Shown here: piece by piece, positions 52,512 to 63,259 of the stretch | Layout: every line of letters begins with the position of its first letter | Numbering within the stretch: the first letter of the stretch is position 1 | From: Octopus sinensis | Lineage: Eukaryota | Direction of reading: 5' to 3' | DNA: 64,000 nucleotides | Assembly (NCBI RefSeq): GCF_006345805.1 | Contig: NC_043007.1 | Coordinates: forward strand, 21,824,001-21,888,000 | The notes under the pieces: model-generated | Seen by the model: the letters and a program-made list of their open reading frames with translations, nothing else | The model's database searches: none | Told to the model about the DNA's origin: nothing | Program-made: the position numbers and the translations under genes

Positions 52512-52930
52512 GTATAGCATAGTCGTTGTTCAAGCTCCAGGTTAGCTCTGACTGAGCAGGCATGATCAGAGGCGGTCCAACCATGACTACCCGTGTTTTT
52601 TTTTAATGTATATTTAAGGGGTACCTTGCATTAGAAATCTATCCTTTCTTTTAATGATGGTAATATAGTATTTGGAGGAATTTAGCTGCTGTTTCTCACA
52701 GGTCGAGCGACCACGTAGATGGTATAGCACAGTCGTTGTTCAAGCTCCAGGTTAGCTCTGACTGAGCAGGCATGATCAGAGGCGGTCCAACCATGACTAC
52801 TCGTCTTTTTTTTTTTGTATATTTAAAGGGTACCTTGCATTAGAAATCTTTTCTTTTAATGATGGTAATATAGTATTTGGAGGAATTTAGCTGCTGTTTC
52901 TCACAGGTCGAGCGACCACGTAGATGGTAT
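52512..52930. repeat. ~210-bp tandem duplication
   Basis: tatagca(t/c)agtcgttgttcaagctcc starts at 52513 and 52723; the units are nearly identical. Confidence 0.9.
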
Positions 52931-53884
52931 TAAAACGTTGTAGTATATAGTAAGACAGGAGATATGTAGTGTGGTGTATAGTATGATATCAAAACTATTG
53001 ATAAACAGTTTAGAGAAGATAGAGAAAAAAAAAGGTAACAGAAATTGTTATGGCATGATAAGGTGCTAAAAATAGAGTTGGGTATATGGAAAGATAGGAA
53101 AAGATATCAATCGATAATTTTTATCTATATGTAGTAAAGACGTTTATATATCGATAAAACGGTGAAAGGTGAGATAAGGTAGAAAGGGAAAGCCAAAAAG
53201 GAGAAGATGGAGTAACAAAATCCATGCTACATGCATATATGGAAAGAGAGCACAATATGGCGGATCATATCTCTCAATGTCTACAACACACACACACATA
53301 TATATACGTAAATACACATATATACGTATATATACATATGTATAGACATACACAAATACATATGCATGTGCGTGTGTGTAGATATATACATATATTTACG
53401 TATGTGTGTATATATATATAATACATACACGCACGCACGCACACATTTCACAGCTCGCCAAATACACATTACACACATACATATGCATGTGCGTGTGTGT
53501 AGATATATACATATATTTATGTATGTGTGTGTATGTGTATATATATAATACATACACGCACGCACACACACACATGTACATTTCACAGCTCGCCAAGTCC
53601 CCCGATTCGTGTAATGTGTACATTGTAATTGTTTGGAACAAAGCATGCAGAATTTCGACGAAACAATCCACGGGCTCGAGGCGTTGTTGAACAAAAAGAA
53701 AACTGGGAGATAAAGGACAGACATAAATTCCTCGACAGTGAAATTATAGCGCGATTTGTGAGAAGGTAGTATCAAGTTTTTTTTTTTGTAACCAGCCATT
53801 ACACGCGCACATATCATAAAAGCACATACATACATACACAAATGTGTAAACATTGTATAAACAATATAGGGTAAAGGCACTCAC

Positions 53885-53939
53885 CTAAACAACTCCAAAA
53901 TAGCGTGTTGAGCAGGTAAAAGTTAAAGAAGGTATCCAT
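53885..53939 (-). CDS. LRP5/6: LRP5/6 coding exon 1 (signal peptide MDTFFNFYLLNTLFWSCL-G)
   Basis: ATG in strong context (atcATGg), 55 nt (18 codons + G), then donor G|GTGAGT. The phase 1 end joins exon 2 in frame to give [33 protein letters not shown], a 19-aa hydrophobic leader. As I recall it, vertebrate LRP6 exon 1 has the same coding length and phase. Confidence 0.85.
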
Positions 53940-54083
53940 GATATAAAATGCCGATCTGCAATATGCAGTACGGTGATGGTAGAGCCTTGCAGATCATCCA
54001 GCCTTTTGCCTCATATCCGAGCGATCATTCTTTTAACTTTCACCCAGCCCGTCGTCTATCGTCAATAAACACAAACTGAGCAT
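53923..54083 (-). promoter_or_regulatory. Chain of upstream ORFs in the putative LRP5/6 5' leader
   Basis: ATG..stop ORFs at 54083-54033, 54028-54011, 54014-53994 and 53997-53923; the last overlaps the main ATG out of frame. The transcription start is unknown. Confidence 0.45.
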
Positions 54084-55704
54084 GATGTTCAATTTCTTTC
54101 AATTATTTAATGTTGGTATATATATGCTTATGTATTAAGATATCACTCCTCTTGGCTGAGTCTCTGACGATTCGACGACAAAACGTTGCTTTTAATTGCA
54201 AAGTCCGTTAATTACTTTTCTTTTTCTTTTTGGTATTTAGAAGCGGTGCCCAAAGTTTTGGCAGTGTCGGGAGCAGCATCATGTTGAGTGTGCAGTGTCA
54301 TCCACTATCATTACCATCTCTCTCTCTCTCACTCACTCACTCTCTCTCTCTCCTTCACTCACTCTCTATCTCTTCTCATTATACTGACCTCCCCCGTTTC
54401 ACAACAGCTTTTTTTTCTCCCCCCGTCGTCGTCTCTCCAGTGCTTCCCCTTCCTACAACCTTGCTTTCTTTCAGTTTACCTTAAAAAGCCTAGGCCGTTT
54501 TCTGTTTTGCTTATTCCAGGTTTTTACCACAAATCGGCCCTTTCCATATCCAATTAACCTCCTCCTCAGACTTGCACTACGCTGATTATTGTTGCTTCTA
54601 GCACAAGTTGGGCGATTGAGTCGGAGTCGGCCACGTTTCCATGGTATGTCAGCTCCCAGCGACTTTCAATGTGGACTAAAAATGCTGGCACACAACACCT
54701 CCAAGGGAGTACTTCTTTCAACTCGACGGCTACTAGTATTCGCATAAAACTTTCCAAACTATCCAAGCGTCATATTTCTATAAATATGTGTGCAAAAGAT
54801 GATTTATAAACAACACATAAAACCTTTACTGCTAACATAACGACGTCGATAATTGGACAGCTTTTTTATAGCAATTCCTCAGAGATTCAAACTATAGCAG
54901 ACAAGGGGGATAATCATTGGTCTCCTTGTTTTTCCTCCTCAGACGTAGAACTTTTTTTCTTCCTCCTCCTAATGTTAACAACTTTACGAAAAGTAGCCAA
55001 GTGCTCGATTATAATCCTTTCTTTTCTCACTCATTCGGTCGCTGTCGTCTTGCTTGTTTCTCACATGATAAATATTAGTTCTCAGATCTCAGGGCATACG
55101 AGTATATGACACAGTGCTACCTTAAAGCATGGGTGCATTCGGCATTTGCCCGGGGACCTCACGGGTCTCGAGGCTCGTTTCTGCTTTACGTATATTATAC
55201 AGTGGCTTGCTGTCAAATACATACTTATCGGGCCAGTGCATTGATTTGCCCAGGGGCCTATAATGCAACTAAGACGGATCTGATACGATATATATGCTTT
55301 TCTTGTCAAGGACATTATCGATATGAGTGGCGTGAAATAGCTTCAAGGCCGGAGTCCAAGACTTTATTTTTACCTTGAATTCTGCTGGGTGACGTGCTGC
55401 ACTTGTCTATAAACAACAAACATTTTGTAAACTTATTCGACGATCCCCTTCGAATTAAACTGAAGCGACTCGCGAGAAGAGTCCGTGGGCCTGTTTCGAT
55501 TTCGGTTTGAATGTAAATATTGACGTTAATGCCCTTGGAAAAGCCATGAATGTCACAACTTCTGTCTCCCTCAAATATCTAGCCTCTATATTTAATAAAT
55601 ATCGATATTTTTATATTAAGCACAAAGCCACAGGTAACTTATGCAATATATTGAAATTTATAATAACTTATGCAATATAAAAGAATATACAATCACAAAA
55701 AAGG

Positions 55705-55900
55705 GACCTTTTCGGTTTGAACGGCAGTTTTTAAAAATAATTTCCACGTAACTAAACACTTTTAAACTTCGTATACTGGTAGAATGTGTTTATAAAACAT
55801 CTTTTTCTCTTGGCTTTATTGAGAAAATTCTATAGTTTGTAAGATATTTGTTGTTGTTTTTCTTCAATTTCTGCTATATCAACCAATCAATGACGTCTAT
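55705..55900 (+). repeat. Unclassified interspersed repeat (second copy ~57890-58290, split by the piggyBac MITE)
   Basis: Shared gtaactaaacacttt.aaacttcg..actggtagaatgtgt...aaaacatc...caaccaatcaatga. Confidence 0.65.
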
Positions 55901-56454
55901 TGAGGTGAAAACATTCTGTGCCGTATGAATATGTCCCTCATTTAAGAAACACTTTGCCATATATTTAAAGGAGTTCACTGGGAAGGAATTCATTATCCTG
56001 CACGGATTGATCTCCCATATGACCTCCGCAGCCACCTGCAAAGGATACTCAGGGTTCTCCGTGCAGGAAAGAAGCCCCTCCCACTGGCCCTTCCTTTCAA
56101 ATTTCTTAATCAAGTTCTGCAGTGTCCCTCCCTTGTGGAAGAAGACCACAAATTCCTCCTCCAGCAGCACACCCGCCGAAGGAGCATCAGGACACGCCGG
56201 CAGCATGTCACAAACTGCCAGAAATGTCTCGTTTTTCTTTTTTTTTCTTCTTTTTCCCTTGGACCACGGGAGGGTGGTGTTCCTCTGCTTTGTCCAGCAG
56301 GTCCTCCCTTCCTCCCACAGCCCTCGGGTCCTTCAGTGGGCTAGCTTCTTGCCACACAGCCACACCTACACAGGCCATACCTGTGCCTTCACACAGCCAC
56401 AGCTGCACACACACACATTTGCAGGCCCATAAAAAACCAAACCTCCACCAACTA

Positions 56455-56794
56455 CTTTGTCTATATATCTGTGGACACCTTTCAATGCCATGCATACCAT
56501 ATGGTTTGCAAATCTAATGGAAGTCTCAAAAGACAATTTAAGATCTACAAAGATCAGAACTTATCTGCAGCTCTTGGTGGTCCAAATCTGATATGCAATC
56601 TATGCGGGTGTCCTTTCAATACATTGACTGGTTTAAAAAACCACATCAGATGCCATGATGGATCTAAAGCGGATATAGAAGTCTCCAAATTTGAGAAATG
56701 AATATGAAATGGTTTTTGATAAAACTGGAATATTTTACACTGGTAAGGAAGGGCCATAAGTTAACATCTCTTGCCTGTAATGTCTCCTGGATGA
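56455..56794 (+). mobile_element. Diverged related C2H2-bearing LINE 3' fragment
   Basis: FQCHAYHMVCKSNGSLKRQFKIY...LICNLCGCPFNTLTGLKNHIRCH aligns with fingers 2-3 of 14295-14725. Confidence 0.55.
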
Positions 56795-58026
56795 CTAGGG
56801 GTGGTCAGAATCTGCATAAGAAATAGACAACCACCACACACATGAATACACAATCACACACACACACATGATGTGCTTCTACACAGTTTGCATCTACCAA
56901 ATTCCTTCACAAGGCATTCATCAGCCTAGGGCTATAGTAGAAGGAATTTCTTTGAGGTGCAGTGCAATGGGATTGAACCTAAAAATCATATGGTTACATA
57001 GCAAGCTTCTTAACCACACAGCCATGCCTGTGCTCATATAGAAGTCTCCAAATTTGAGAAATGAGTATGAAATGGCTTTTGATAAAACTGGAATATTTTA
57101 CACTGGTAAGGAAGGGCCGCAAGTTAACATCTCTTGCTTGTAATGTCTCCTGGATGAAGAAAAATTCTATCTTTTTTATTCATTTTCAGTTTTTTTATTT
57201 TCCCTATGCACACACATACCACCACACACATACACACACATACCACCACACACATACACACACATACCACCACACACATACACACACATACCACCACACA
57301 CATACACACACACACACACGCATGCACATGCATATGGATGATGATGAGGATGAAGATGATGATGATGACTGATGCTGGCGGTGGTAGTAGTGGTGGTGGT
57401 GATGGTGGGTGGTGGTGGCGGTGGTGATGTTGAGGAGGAGGAGGAGGACAGTGATAGAAGAGGAAGGGGATGGAGGAAAGTGAAGACAAAGGAGTGTGAA
57501 AGAATCTTTTTTTAAAGAGAAGGGGGAGAAAAAAATGTATTAGAATTGTTATATAAAAACATCTGTTGTGACAACTGAGACTCGAAAACAGCAGAAAATC
57601 TTCAGATTCTGTTAATTCCAGAGCGTTTAACCGAACATTATTCTATGCCAAGAAACAATATATCTGAGACCTGTGTGTAATTCAAGGAAAGACAATCCCT
57701 ATCACCTTTTAACTGAGGAAGTTAGTTAAAAATAAAAATGTCATGACCCCCCCCACCACCACCACCACTCCCACCCCATCATAAAAGAGATTGAATAACT
57801 CAGGGACATCATCTGCAGAGTGGTGAACAACAGTGAGTTAGTATGGATATGTTTAACCCTTTAGAAATCAGGGATCTTTACCTTTTGACTTACAGATTTC
57901 AAAAAATAATTTTTTGTAACTAAACACTTTCAAACTTCGGACACTGGTAGAATGTGTCATGTAAAACATCTTTTACTCTTAGCGTTTTTGAGAAAAACTT
58001 ATATTTACAAAGATATTTCACCTTAA

Positions 58027-58247
58027 CCCTTTCGTTACCAACCCGGCTGAAACTGCCTATGGCTCTGTAGTACAAATGTCTTGTTTTCTTAAGTTTTGAA
58101 TTAAAATCTTCCACCAAACCTTAGTCACAATTTATGTTCCTAACACTAGCTTGATGATAACTAAGTTATTTTACTAAATTCTTTGTTATATTTAAAGTAA
58201 CTGAAAGAAACACAGAGCATCTCAAAATAAATACAGTAACGAAAGGG
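58027..58247 (-). mobile_element. piggyBac-type MITE, second copy, TTAA TSD
   Basis: Same 12-bp TIRs; the interior is the reverse complement of 20908-21126. Confidence 0.88.
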
Positions 58248-58384
58248 TTAAAGTTCTCATATTTCGGTAATTTCAACCAATCAATGATGAGTAATTCAGC
58301 TGAATGTTTCAGTTACATAACCTTATCTGCAAACCGTACCAACTGTACTTATGAAATAGTGATGGAAGAATTTAGTACTTTTTG

Positions 58385-58557
58385 TAGGCGCAGGAGTGGC
58401 TGTGTGGTAAGTAGCTTGCTAACCAACCACATGGTTCCGGGTTCAGTCCCACTGCGTGGCATCTTGGGCATGTGTCTTCTGCTATAGCCCCGAGCCGACC
58501 AATGCCTTGTGAGTGGATTTGGTAGACGGAAACTGAAAGAAGCCTGTCGTATATATG

Positions 58558-58590
<33 letters not shown>

Positions 58591-58811
58591 TTGTGTGTCT
58601 GTGTTTGTCCCCCTAGCATTGCTTGACAACCGATGCTGGTGTGTTTACGCCCCCGTCACTTAGCGGTTCGGCAAAAGAGACCGATAGAATAAGTACTGGG
58701 CTTACAAAGAATAAGTCCTGGGGTCGATTTGCTCGACTAAAAAAAGGTGGTGCTCCTGCATGGCCGCAGTCAAATGACTGAAACAAGTAAAAGAGTAAAG
58801 AGTAAAAGAGT
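58385..58811 (+). mobile_element. SINE family A
   Basis: Full-length match. Confidence 0.9.
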
Positions 58812-59221
58812 ATCTGTTAACTGCCATCTGATTTCTTCCCCCACCCCCAGATACTTCCACCCACTCTTTTATAAATATGGGGTGGCCATGTATCTGCTCT
58901 TCAGCAAGACACCTCTGTTTGTCCCTGGTATAAAAATCACCTCTCTGCTCTCTTAAATACCCCTAATATTTAGTTAAGACAGGTCTTTCCCCTTTTCCCT
59001 TTACTTGCCCTTGTATGTATTTCACAACCCCACCCCGCCACCAGAACCAGTGGCACGGAAAAGAAATACTCAGTACACACTATTAAAGGATTGGCATTAG
59101 GAAGGGCATCCAGCTGTAGAAACCATGCCAAAGTAGACTTTGGAGCAGAATACAGTCTTGGGGGACACATTGAATTCTGTCAAACCCATACCAGCATGGA
59201 AAACAGATGTCAAATGATGAT

Positions 59222-59648
59222 GTTGGTGGTGGTGGTGGTGGTAGAGGTGGTAGTGGTGATGGTGGTGGTGGTAGAGGTGGTAGTGGTGATGGTGGTGGTG
59301 GTGGTAGAGGTGGTGGTGGTGGCGGTGGCGGTTGTAGTGGTGGTGGTGGTGGTGGTGGTAGAGGTGGTAGTGGTGATGGTGGTGGTGGTAGAGGTGGTAG
59401 TGGTGGTGGTGGTGGTAGAGGTGGTGGTGGTGGCGGTGGTAGTGGTGGTGGTGGCGGTGGTAATGGTGGTGGTAGTGGTGATGGTGGTGGTGGTGGTGAT
59501 AGTGGTGATGGTGGTGGCGGTGGTGGTGGTGGTAGTGGTGGTGGTGGTGATGGTAGTGGTGGTGGTGATGGTGGTGGTGGTGATGGTAGTGGTGGTGGTG
59601 GTAGTAGTGGTGGCGGCAGCGGCTGTGATGATGATGGTGATGATGATG
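59222..59648. repeat. Imperfect (GGT)n trinucleotide tract
   Basis: Direct reading; gives poly-Pro/Val/Gly pseudo-ORFs. Confidence 0.95.
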
Positions 59649-60489
59649 AAGCTGATACTAAGAGGATGTGTTGCATGAGAAAAAAAGGATAAAATAATAA
59701 CACAATTTAATGCTACATCATTTTAGCATTAAATTTTTAATAAAGAGAATGTGAGAAATATTTTTATTTTGCTGTGTAATTCCTTCCTAAAAATAACTCA
59801 ACTAATTGTTAACCACGGTAATTACTAGGGTCTAAAGATTTCACTGAAAATTTTTCTTGTAAAATATCTTGAATTGACTCTCTTTTTTATTTTATTTTAT
59901 TTTTTTATTTTTTACCAGAAGCTTTTTTTATTTGTAAAAAAAAACAATAAAAAAGCTTTTTGCTTTCAAGAAAATAAAAATTTTGCTTCTTTTGTTTGCT
60001 TTTTTTTTTTTTACATTTTTTAAATGCTTTTAAAAATATTTCATTTTTTATTTTTATTTATTTATTTATTCTATTTATTTTTTTAAATTTATTTTTTGCT
60101 TTGTCATTGCTGAAGATGCACCAACAGCATACAGAAGATAGTTTGCTTTTTATTTATTTTTTTTAATTATATTCTTTTATTCTTGTTCATATATTTCTAT
60201 ATATATAAAAAAAAAAGGAGTGTGTGTGTATGTGTGTGGGAGTTCAATTCAATTCGAATGTTCATTAGTGTCTCAATGAGTTTTCACAAACTCCAAACAC
60301 ATGCAAATTTCATTGAAAGTTTCACATATCAGTCGCTGAATTTTTCCTTAACACTGTCAAGAGATATAAAACTTAATACCAATGCTGTGTTGTTACCGTT
60401 TCCTCAGCAGCTGATCTACTGCAGAACATCTTCCTCTTCTATGCAGGTGAGTCAGCTAATTAATTGTCTCGCTTGAATACCAGGTTTTG

Positions 60490-60534
<45 letters not shown>

Positions 60535-60767
60535 GTAATAATGATCCTCTTTTTAAGGGTTTCTTTTTTCTCTTGCATTCCTCACAATACCATTTACGTG
60601 AGTGCTGACATATTGGTTGTTGTCATTAGTTACAAGACTTCTCAAAAAGCTCTGTGATTAACAGTTTCTGTCTTGTATCACCGGGGGCCCCTAATTTCTG
60701 CCCCCCCCCCATACTGTTTCTTTTTACGATTATCTTAGCACTACATCGCTGCATGGTATACTCTCTC

Positions 60768-61180
60768 TCTCTCTCTCGTTACTCTTTTACTTGTTTCAGT
60801 CATTCGACTGCAGCCATGCTGGAGCACTGCCTTTAGTCGAGCAAATCGACCCCAGGACTTATTATTTTGTAAGCCTAGTACTTATTCTATCAGTCTCTTT
60901 TGCTGAACCGCTAAGTTACAGGGACGTAAACACACCAGCATCGGTTGTCAAGCGATGTTGGGGGGACAAACACCGACACACAAACATATACACAGACACA
61001 TACACATATATATATATACATATATACAATCGGCTTCTTTCAGTTTCCGTCTACCAAATCCACTCACAAGGCTTTGGTCGGCTCGAGGCTATAGTAGAAG
61101 ACACTTGCCCAGCATGCCACGTAGTGGGACTGAACCTGGAACCGTATGGTTGGTAAGCAAGCTACTTACCACACAGCCAT
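60768..61180 (-). mobile_element. SINE family A
   Basis: Full-length match. Confidence 0.9.
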
Positions 61181-61651
61181 GTGGTATTCATTTAAAGGGA
61201 TCTTGTAGTGTAAAATTGTTTCACTGTCATGCATTTCCATGTGAAAGCATGTCTGGCCATGGGGAAACAGGACCTTCCTTAGGAACAGTAAAGAAGAACA
61301 GAATCCAGCTCTTAGAAATCCCCTTTGCAAATTCTGTCTGATTAAGTACGGAAAACTGCATCTTAAAACTATGAACATGTTAAAGTTGAAAATATCATGC
61401 TATTTATATTTTCAACCCTTTATTCAGTTTTGGGTATTTGATTATTTTTCTTCCCATCATCCTTTTACCACATAATCATTTTGATTATTACTTTTTATTA
61501 TTATTATTATTATTATATTATTATTATTATTATTATATTGTTATTGTTATTATTAATCATCATTTTCCATTTTATTTCTCTTTAAAAATATTTCTCAAAA
61601 ACTTAAATGTTTTATGGATCAAATTTCTGCTTGAAAAATATGTTATCTGAG

Positions 61652-61693
<42 letters not shown>

Positions 61694-61780
61694 CTCCCCC
61701 TCTCTCTTTCCCTATATATATGTATGTGTATATATATATATATGCGCAATTTTTTTCTCTCCTTGTTTCTTTTCTGTGTA

Positions 61781-61818
61781 TCTTTCTGTCGAAGAGCGTA
61801 GGCTCGAAACGTAAAAGA
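61781..61818 (+). ncRNA. Minimal hammerhead-like motif (A6 variant)
   Basis: UCUUU-CUGUCGA-A-GAGC-GUAG-GCUC-GAAAC-GUA-AAAGA; stems I and II pair, stem III is the ACGU palindrome. Confidence 0.5.
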
Positions 61819-61953
61819 CTTGTTTTATTTATATTCCTGAGTGCCATACTAATACAATTGTTTGTTTGTACTCCACCTGCCTTCGTCTTTTGTTTATTTT
61901 CATAAAGCTTCCCGTTATATATGTGTATATATATATATGTATGTATGTATATG

Positions 61954-61991
<38 letters not shown>

Positions 61992-62088
61992 ATCCAAACA
62001 TGAAAACACAAAGAGAAAACACAACAACGCGAGGACGTGGAACAAATATAGTATTATTGGATGCTCAGGAAGGAAGGGAAGAAGAAGG

Positions 62089-62123
62089 GTTTAACGTTTC
62101 GAGTAGAGCTCTTTGTCAGAAAC
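62089..62123 (-). ncRNA. Inverted copy of the 62556-62590 hammerhead-like motif
   Basis: Reverse complement of 62556-62590, carrying the same G8A change. Confidence 0.45.
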
Positions 62124-62254
62124 ATAGCAAAAGGAAAGATCCAGAGAAGGGAAGACGGAGGAAAAAAAATCACCAACGGTACACAAACGGTCATACATAT
62201 ATATGTACATGTGTATATGTATATATATGTGTACGTATATGTATATATATGTAT

Positions 62255-62288
<34 letters not shown>

Positions 62289-62437
62289 ACATATATATAC
62301 ATATATATACATATTATACATATATATACATATATATATATATAAAATATTATTAGAGACAAAACCACTATTTTGCAAAACAAACAAGGAAAGACTTAAT
62401 CAATACATAAAATTTTAATAAATAGTCAAAAAAACCG

Positions 62438-62480
62438 CCACTACAATCGTTTCTTGTCTTGATCGACAATCTTCAGGTGG
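62438..62480 (-). ncRNA. Minimal type I hammerhead ribozyme, intact core
   Basis: CCAC-CUGAAGA-UUGUC-GAUCAA-GACAA-GAAAC-GAUU-GUA-GUGG: 4-bp stem I, 5-bp stem II, 2-bp stem III, GUA cleavage triplet. Confidence 0.7.
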
Positions 62481-62555
62481 ACTTCCAATAATTCAGTGTC
62501 AAATTATGATTTTTTTTCCTCCGTCTTCCCTTCTCTGGATCTTTCCTTTTGCTAT

Positions 62556-62590
62556 GTTTCTGACAAAGAGCTCTACTCGAAACGTTAAAC
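62556..62590 (+). ncRNA. Minimal hammerhead-like motif (G8A decayed)
   Basis: GUUU-CUGACAA-A-GAG-CUCUA-CUC-GAAAC-GUU-AAAC; an inverted copy lies at 62089-62123. Confidence 0.45.
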
Positions 62591-62687
62591 CCTCCTTCTT
62601 CCCTTCCTTCCTGAGCGTCCAATAATACTATATATGTTCCACGTCCTCGCGTTGTTGTGTTTTCTCTTTGTGTTTTCATGTTTGGAT

Positions 62688-62723
<36 letters not shown>

Positions 62724-63259
62724 GGAGTAAACACATAAATGTGAAACAAGGTGGAAAAAAGAGTACTCAAATACCAGTGGTAGTGTAATATGCTTTATTT
62801 AAAGCAGCAGAAAATTCAACAAAATCTGTTACTCTGAGTGTCCTGTTGCCGTTCATCGGACAGTTTTGGCTAGAATGGAACTGATATGTCAATTCTATCC
62901 AGACTATTACAAACGCTACACCTTTAAAAAATGGACTTGTTTGATTGGCCCTTTAGAAATAACGGTCAATTTTCGAGCGATAAACAAAGATGAGCTCAAA
63001 AATATATATATATATATATATATTTATAAAAATTATAAAATTCGAGGAAAAACCTTACATTGAATAAAATACATATTGACCTTAATGAAGGAAATATAAT
63101 TAATACATGGAAATTGAAATGCATTAAAAATATAACACAGCAATACATATTCATATTAAAGTATACATATATATCAACATACACAGAATAGATGCGTGCG
63201 AACCCCATACATATACAGATGTATAAATATAAAGCTAAAATATACACACAAATGCATGT

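Larger units (their letters stand above)
19647..53884 (-). other. LRP5/6 intron 1 (34,238 bp, repeat-filled)
   Basis: Bounded by the GTGAGT donor of exon 1 and the tttag acceptor of exon 2; no intervening host exon recognised. Confidence 0.8.
53600..55560 (-). promoter_or_regulatory. CpG-richer, largely unique region around exon 1 (probable promoter/5' UTR)
   Basis: Many CG dinucleotides relative to the flanks, a (GA)n tract on the sense strand (~54315-54370), and position immediately around the start codon. Confidence 0.4.
61745..62880. mobile_element. Cluster of five ~150-200 bp (TA)n-anchored elements, probably Penelope-like pseudo-LTR remnants
   Basis: Each carries a hammerhead-like motif and ends against a (TA)n tract; 61984-62172 and 62505-62695 are near-identical inverted copies. 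No RT or GIY-YIG ORF is present. Confidence 0.5.

Noticed and set aside
46713-55559. Shared 15-mer catgaatgtcacaac (46713 and 55545) and a 22-mer with 2 mismatches (42144 and 46581)
   Set aside because: A rough estimate says such matches are expected by chance in 64 kb.
59083-59703. Poly-Pro/Val/Gly ORFs
   Set aside because: These are translations of the (GGT)n tract.
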